Source: an uncultured virus (IMG/VR IMGVR_UViG_3300020050_007563) | Taxonomy: Duplodnaviria; Heunggongvirae; Uroviricota; Caudoviricetes | DNA length: 20,000 bases | IMG/VR virus record: IMGVR_UViG_3300020050_007563 | Direction: 5' to 3' (one strand) | In this document: positions 15,866 to 20,000 of the stretch, one piece after another | Layout of the letters: each line of letters opens with the position of its first letter | Numbering within the stretch: the stretch's first letter is position 1 | Made by a program: the position numbers and the translations under genes | Notes under the pieces: model-generated | What the model saw: only the letters and a program-made list of their open reading frames with translations | What the model was told of the DNA's origin: nothing | The model's database searches: none

Positions 15866-15964
15866 GGAATGGTGTAACTCTTCCTGGCATAAGGACAGTT
15901 GGCAAAGCACCGCGCCAACACTGGGAATGTTGAAAAACCGCGTTTCGGGGGTCAGAGGACCGAT

Positions 15965-15995
15965 TTTGGAAATGCGGGGTTCGATCGTATCTTTG
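15965..15995 (+). promoter_or_regulatory. Canonical Bacteroidota sigma-A promoter TTTG-N19-TATCTTTG
   Basis: TTTG at 15965-68, 19-nt spacer, TATCTTTG at 15988-95, ATG at 16000. Confidence 0.75.
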
Positions 15996-15999
15996 CCCT

Positions 16000-16149
16000 A
16001 TGGGATGGGATGCCGATTACCAGCGGGCTTACAGGCGTCAACGGCGTTGGGGCAACGTCATGGCGTGGGTTGGTGACCTAGTGCTCCCCGTGTTTGCTCT
16101 CGTGGTGGCGGTCGCCTTTCTAACTGTTGTGCTTGTCACTTCATCCTAA
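16000..16149 (+). CDS. Small single-pass membrane protein, 49 aa
   Basis: MGWDADYQRAYRRQRRWGNVMAWVGDLVLPVFALVVAVAFLTVVLVTSS; basic patch then a TM helix; sits directly behind a consensus promoter; absent from the ORF track. Confidence 0.65.
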   Translation: MGWDADYQRAYRRQRRWGNVMAWVGDLVLPVFALVVAVAFLTVVLVTSS

Positions 16150-16591
16150 GGAACACCAGGAGCACCCCCAGCATTCCGACGAACAGGGAACCGATAGAGA
16201 CGTAGAAGGCTATCCGGGAACGCCATATGGCGCCTTCCATCTCTCGAAACTGTCTGGTCTGGGTCCGTACCGCGATCTCGTCGCGCCAAGCATCGCACCC
16301 GGCCTTGGTTGCGCGCACCCAGAGCTTTTTAGGGAGGGGTAACCCGTCGTTGACTGCCGTTCGTTCCGCTTGCGAAAGTCCCTCCTCTGGGGAGAACTCA
16401 ACCCACTTCATGGTAACCAATGCGCAAGCGGCTTGGTGAACTTCCTTCATCGGTCGTTTGAGGTGGTCAACAGTCTGAAGCATGTTCATGAACGGCCCGG
16501 ATGCGGTGTGCCCGTATTCGATCAATATGGCCAGCAATTCGTGCGTTGCACGGGCTAGGTCCCGTTGGTCCATTCGTTCCTCGTTGCCCAT
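16136..16591 (-). CDS. Membrane-anchored protein with a wHTH-like N-terminus and C-terminal TM helix, 151 aa
   Basis: ...EVHQAACALVTMKWVE...WVRATKAG (wHTH-like), followed by IAFYVSIGSLFVGMLGVLLVFL (TM); ATG 16591 chosen as the start. Confidence 0.65.
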   Translation of the reverse strand: MGNEERMDQRDLARATHELLAILIEYGHTASGPFMNMLQTVDHLKRPMKEVHQAACALVTMKWVEFSPEEGLSQAERTAVNDGLPLPKKLWVRATKAGCDAWRDEIAVRTQTRQFREMEGAIWRSRIAFYVSIGSLFVGMLGVLLVFLRMK

Positions 16592-16601
16592 CGTCGCCAA
16601 A

Positions 16602-17168
16602 CTATTCGCCCAACCGATCGGGTACCGCAATCAACACACTTTCCCTGACCGCGAAGCAGACGATCGCGCTGTCTGTCTGCTCCAGATCATAGACCGGGCA
16701 TTTCCAGCTGTGTGACCAGTACCGCGCAACGACTTCCCAGACGGTTCCGCCTTGGGTCAGGACACGCGCACCGATGTTGAACTTCGCGGGACGCTTCCGC
16801 AGGTGGTCCACGGCGACCGGGCCTACTTTCCTTTCGGCGATGGCTTTCGCTTCGGCTTCTTCTTCGGCGATGGCTTCTGCGCTAGGAAGGATGCCAAAGC
16901 TTCTTTCAGCGTATGCCCGGACTTCAGCTTTATCTCCCCGGCTTCCTTGGCCTTGCTCATGCAGCCAAGATAGCATCTGCTTCCGGCATTCCTTGCATTG
17001 AACCAGACCAGCACGAACACGCTTGGCTGGGTTCGGCGTTATGCGCGTCATCCGCTTGGGGTCACAGTTGCCGCAATGCGGACACACTGGTCCGTCCGGC
17101 CAGATTACGCTTTCGATCAGGGTCCGGGCGTCATCTTCAGACAGGTTCTTCAGGTCGCGGATGGTCAT
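16602..17168 (-). CDS. IS1595-family transposase zinc ribbon fused to an unrelated SH3/KOW-like C-terminal domain, 188 aa
   Basis: SEDDARTLIESVIWPDGPVCPHCG...RAGLVQCKECRKQ is the IS1595 N-terminal Zn ribbon; no DDE domain follows; C-terminus KFNIGARVLTQGGTVWEVVARYW...YDL. The upstream extension in the ORF track runs through the tRNA and is not real. Confidence 0.7.
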   Translation of the reverse strand: MTIRDLKNLSEDDARTLIESVIWPDGPVCPHCGNCDPKRMTRITPNPAKRVRAGLVQCKECRKQMLSWLHEQGQGSRGDKAEVRAYAERSFGILPSAEAIAEEEAEAKAIAERKVGPVAVDHLRKRPAKFNIGARVLTQGGTVWEVVARYWSHSWKCPVYDLEQTDSAIVCFAVRESVLIAVPDRLGE

Positions 17169-17212
17169 GGCGATGGGGAAATTTGGATCGAACGGCGCTA
17201 CACAGTAGCTTT

Positions 17213-17285
17213 GTCCCCCGCCGGGAGTCGAACCCGGAACCTTGACCTTAGATGGTCGCGTTCTATCCGCTTGAACTACGGGGGA
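17213..17285 (-). tRNA. Atypical tRNA, probably derived from tRNA-Arg(UCU); 6-nt anticodon loop AUCUAA, anticodon ambiguous (UCU or CUA)
   Basis: Acceptor TCCCCCG/CGGGGGA; D arm GTTC-AAGCGGATA-GAAC; anticodon stem GACC/GGTC; variable loop AGGTT; T arm CCGGG-TTCGACT-CCCGG; discriminator C; CCA not encoded. Confidence 0.8.
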
Positions 17286-17295
17286 TGCGATTACC

Positions 17296-17337
17296 AGAAG
17301 CCGGAAAGCACTGCAATGCTGACCGGCTTCTCTTTTT
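17296..17337 (+). terminator. Terminator-like hairpin with a T-run on the + strand
   Basis: AGAAGCCGG (17296-304) / CCGGCTTCT (17323-31), inner AGCA/TGCT, followed by CTTTTT. Confidence 0.5.
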
Positions 17338-17340
17338 ATG

Positions 17341-17706
17341 TCATGAGACTTCGGTATTGAGGGCCACCCAAGGCTTCCGTCCGTTGGCTGTTTCATCTTG
17401 CGTCACGCGCTTGCCCTTCATCCGCCACAGCGCCTTGCTCACCTTGTGCGCTTCCATGCGCAGGCCGAACGCATCCAACAGGCGCACGATCTCGGGCACC
17501 TGTAACGGCTTCTTGGCGTGGCCCAGAACCTTCACGATGTCGTCCTGTGTTGCTTCCCGTGATGGGATCAAATGATCCACCTTGGGGTTGCTTCCCAGTA
17601 TGGCGGTGATCTCCGCGCTTGCTTCGTCAATGATGCGTTGAGCCTCTAAAGCCCTTGTCGTTGCTGCATGAATGCGGGCTATTTGGTCAGGCGTGAGGTT
17701 CATCAT
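17341..17706 (-). CDS. Coiled-coil plus winged-helix DNA-binding protein, 121 aa
   Basis: TQDDIVKVLGHAKKPLQVPEIVRLL...HKVSKALWRM matches a wHTH pattern; start placed at ATG 17706, just behind a consensus promoter. Confidence 0.7.
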   Translation of the reverse strand: MMNLTPDQIARIHAATTRALEAQRIIDEASAEITAILGSNPKVDHLIPSREATQDDIVKVLGHAKKPLQVPEIVRLLDAFGLRMEAHKVSKALWRMKGKRVTQDETANGRKPWVALNTEVS

Positions 17707-17713
17707 GGCGGGA

Positions 17714-17744
17714 CAAATATACACCGATCCTCCCAACTTCCAAA
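17714..17744 (-). promoter_or_regulatory. Canonical Bacteroidota sigma-A promoter TTTG-N19-TATATTTG
   Basis: Minus strand TTTG (17744-41), 19-nt spacer, TATATTTG (17721-14), ATG 7 nt downstream. Confidence 0.75.
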
Positions 17745-17745
17745 T

Positions 17746-18152
17746 CCTTGGGGTATATAATCATCCGATTGGAGAGATTACTTCTTCCTCTTCCTACCAT
17801 TCCAAGCTGGGTCGTTACCTTATCCGTCAGCGGATCGACAATATCCGCGTCGATCTCATGCCCCATCCGATAGGTAAACGAAGTTGCGGACGCTGACCAA
17901 TTGGCTACGCTAGAAAATCGAACAAGACGCGCCACGGTTGCTTGTGTTGATAAAGAGGGCGTGGAAGGATCAGTCTGAAGGCTAGAGGATTGGGTGATCC
18001 TGCTTTGCCAACGGTCCTTATGCCCTCTTCCTCTACCCACTAAGCGTTTGTTAGACGGCTAAGTTTCCCTCCTTTCTCTTTGTTTCAAAGAGGAAAGTAC
18101 CATCAAACCTCGTGCACGGATCTCCCGTACCACCATGTGAGAGAGGAGGGTT
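17746..18152 (-). ncRNA. Candidate structured ncRNA or long structured leader (about 400 nt)
   Basis: Nested helices: 18144-50/18067-73, 18022-29/17953-60, 17995-18001/17966-72, 17869-81/17812-24, 17849-55/17833-39, 17802-06/17747-51. Promoter-like TATCTTGC at 18163-56; only implausible ORFs. Confidence 0.4.
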
Positions 18153-18155
18153 GGC

Positions 18156-18195
18156 GCAAGATAGTCGGTGTTGGTGATGTGTAGTGCTACCTTCG
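18156..18195. promoter_or_regulatory. Possible divergent near-consensus -7 elements (TATCTTGC on -, TACCTTCG on +)
   Basis: TACCTTCG (18188-95) ends 4 nt before ATG 18200, the same geometry as at 15995/16000; both boxes deviate from TAnnTTTG. Confidence 0.35.
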
Positions 18196-18199
18196 TCTC

Positions 18200-19300
18200 A
18201 TGGATCGTTTTGCAACCATGAAGGCGTGGCTCGCTGATGGGTCAGTGATCAATCGCGGTGACAAGGCCGTCGTCATTCCGGATGGGTATTCTGCCTCGGA
18301 AGGCGTATTCGATTACAAGGTCGGGACCGGGGACAAGTCCTTCCGAACGCTCCCATTTGAACCAGGGAGGGCATTCTTCGTGATCTCATCGTCTTCCGGA
18401 GGTGATGTCACCATTGCGAATGTCCCTCTTCCGGTCACATCCACCTCACTTGCTTTGGAGACCACGCAGGTTGATGTGAAGGATGCTGTGGAGCGATTCC
18501 AGTTCGATCTGTCTGGGAATCTGAAGACCACGGGCGGCGGGGGCGGGGTTGTTGATCAGGGGGCTCCGGGTCTGTTGGCATGGCCTGTCAGTGGCCCACT
18601 TACGGATGTGCAGTTAAGGGCTGCGGCTGTTCCGGTCAGCACCACCGCCCTTCCTCTACCTACTGGAGCAGCAACAGAAGTCACTGCGCAGCAGATCAGT
18701 GACCGCGTAGACCTGACCAACACCCTGGTCGGCAATATGTATGCTGGCGTCAGCAACGCCGATATGCGCTTTGCCACGCAAGAGGTTCGGGATAAGCTCA
18801 TAGTGGCGCCAGCCACCGAAGCCAAGCAAACGCAACCCGGCGTGGATATCGGGGACGTTACCATCAACAATGCCTCGGGTGCGGATGCCGTGAACATACA
18901 GGACGGAGGGAACTCCATCACGGTGGATGGGGCTGTGATGGTGTCTAACGCATTGGACCTTTCCGTCACTGCCGTGGGGACAGCCGGTGCGGCGGTGACG
19001 GCCACACTGCCCGCTGTCGCTGCTAGTTATCATCTGATCTCCTTCATTGAGATCACCATGTATACCACTGCTGCTAGGACAGGTAACGCCACGCCTGTGA
19101 CCGTAACCTCCACGAATCTGGCCGGATCCATCGCGTGGACATTTCCGACAGCCGCCGCCATAGGAACTACTGCCATAAGGAACATTGACAGTGCGACACC
19201 GATCAGGAGTTCCGTCGTGAACACCAACACAACCATCGTCTGTCCAGCCACCACGTCCGTGATATGGCGCGTCAACGTCTTTTACCGAGCAGGAGCATGA
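18200..19300 (+). CDS. Phage fibre-like/structural protein, 366 aa
   Basis: Contains the VSGPLTDVQLRAAAVPVS, LPLPTGAATE and VNIQDGGNSITVDG segments seen in phage fibre-like proteins; Thr/Ala/Val-rich beta C-terminal domain. Confidence 0.6.
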   Translation: MDRFATMKAWLADGSVINRGDKAVVIPDGYSASEGVFDYKVGTGDKSFRTLPFEPGRAFFVISSSSGGDVTIANVPLPVTSTSLALETTQVDVKDAVERFQFDLSGNLKTTGGGGGVVDQGAPGLLAWPVSGPLTDVQLRAAAVPVSTTALPLPTGAATEVTAQQISDRVDLTNTLVGNMYAGVSNADMRFATQEVRDKLIVAPATEAKQTQPGVDIGDVTINNASGADAVNIQDGGNSITVDGAVMVSNALDLSVTAVGTAGAAVTATLPAVAASYHLISFIEITMYTTAARTGNATPVTVTSTNLAGSIAWTFPTAAAIGTTAIRNIDSATPIRSSVVNTNTTIVCPATTSVIWRVNVFYRAGA

Positions 19301-19998
19301 GAAAGCGCCGCACTTGGTGCAAAGCATTCGAGCATTTCTCCAATGGCTAAGGACGCTTCTGCCGACGGTCTCAAGTGCTTGTTCGCGTTGTAGAACTTCA
19401 TCCAGTCGCTTACCGCTGTGTTGAACTGCAATGACCGAACGCGCTTATCCATTGACTCTCGCAATGTGTTCACGTCCACGGCATCGCTTCCATTCTCACT
19501 CAGCCACGTTCGCATCTTGCGCAGGAATTTAGAGACGCCCTTGATCGAGCCGTCCCGCCAATCGCCACCTTCGGTGTAGGGTCCAATGAACATCAGGTGC
19601 ATCCTCAGATCGTCGGGTGCAAAGTCATCCGGGCTGATCACATTGCCGGTACTCTTGCTCATCTTGGAGCCATTCCGCGTGATCATTCCCTGATGCACCA
19701 CGCGCTTGAACGGCTCCTCAGCCGGAACAACACCGATGTCGTACAAGAAGTAGTGGATGAAGCGAGCATAGATCAGGTGTGCGCAAGCGTGTTCAGGACC
19801 GCCGACACACAGATCGACCTGCTGGTATTTGTCCAGGCCACACAGCGCTTCCGTGTTCGTTGGGTCACAGTAGCGAACGTAGTAGAAGCTACTATCGACG
19901 AACGTATCCAATGTGTCGGACTCTCCTTCGATCGGAATCGGGCATCCCCACTTGCGTTGTCGGCTCACGCACCAGTCCGTCAGGCTCTCCAGCCAGTG
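19282..19998 (-). CDS. leuS: Leucyl-tRNA synthetase, minimised form; 5' part outside the window
   Basis: Frame open to the window edge (HWLESLTDWCVSRQRKWGCPIP). Motifs DTLDTFVDSSFYY, VDLCVGGPEHACAHLIYARF, QGMI, KMSKS, FNTAVS and FAP are all diagnostic of bacterial LeuRS. Confidence 0.9.
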   Translation of the reverse strand, partial: HWLESLTDWCVSRQRKWGCPIPIEGESDTLDTFVDSSFYYVRYCDPTNTEALCGLDKYQQVDLCVGGPEHACAHLIYARFIHYFLYDIGVVPAEEPFKRVVHQGMITRNGSKMSKSTGNVISPDDFAPDDLRMHLMFIGPYTEGGDWRDGSIKGVSKFLRKMRTWLSENGSDAVDVNTLRESMDKRVRSLQFNTAVSDWMKFYNANKHLRPSAEASLAIGEMLECFAPSAALSHAPAR

Positions 19999-20000
19999 TC

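Noticed and set aside
16602..17212. Intact IS1595 element
   Set aside because: No DDE catalytic domain and no identifiable terminal inverted repeats or target duplication.
13659..17305. Shared AGAAGCCGGA between the candidate ncRNA (13659-68) and the hairpin at 17296-305
   Set aside because: A single 10-nt match within 20 kb is expected by chance.
17169..17396. N-terminal extension of the 264-aa ORF 16602..17396
   Set aside because: It reads through the tRNA gene and a hairpin; transposase similarity begins at ATG 17168.
17687..18040. 117-aa ORF on the - strand
   Set aside because: It runs across a consensus promoter, has odd composition and overlaps a structured region.
1..20000. Genome-wide TAG recoding as in some crAss-like phages
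   Set aside because: Very long ORFs are intact under the standard code, and TAG ends plausible genes at 14093 and 16602; read-through at 16602 would not be in frame with the next gene.
1..20000. CRISPR array or diversity-generating retroelement
   Set aside because: No regularly spaced direct repeats, no reverse transcriptase motifs and no template/variable repeat pair seen.

Overview
The window looks like part of a GC-rich tailed phage (or prophage) genome, probably infecting a Bacteroidota host, judging by several TAnnTTTG promoters, two of them with a TTTG-N19 upstream box. 1-12032 is a translationally coupled virion operon: a crAss-like/P22 gp10-type tail stabilization protein (5' end outside the window), two putative ejection proteins, a 1966-aa coiled-coil internal virion protein and a 44-aa Cys-containing ORF. 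12024-18200 is an accessory region of small genes on both strands. It holds RHH, wHTH and UVR-motif proteins, small membrane proteins, a frameshifted DUF2829/Tad2-like remnant, attC-like cassette boundaries, an IS1595 zinc-ribbon fusion, an atypical tRNA with a 6-nt anticodon loop, and two long gene-free stretches (about 13306-13790 on + and 17746-18152 on -) that fold into many helices and are candidate undescribed ncRNAs. The window ends with a fibre-like structural gene converging on a strongly minimised leucyl-tRNA synthetase (5' end outside the window). All family calls come from motif recognition by eye; no database search was run.
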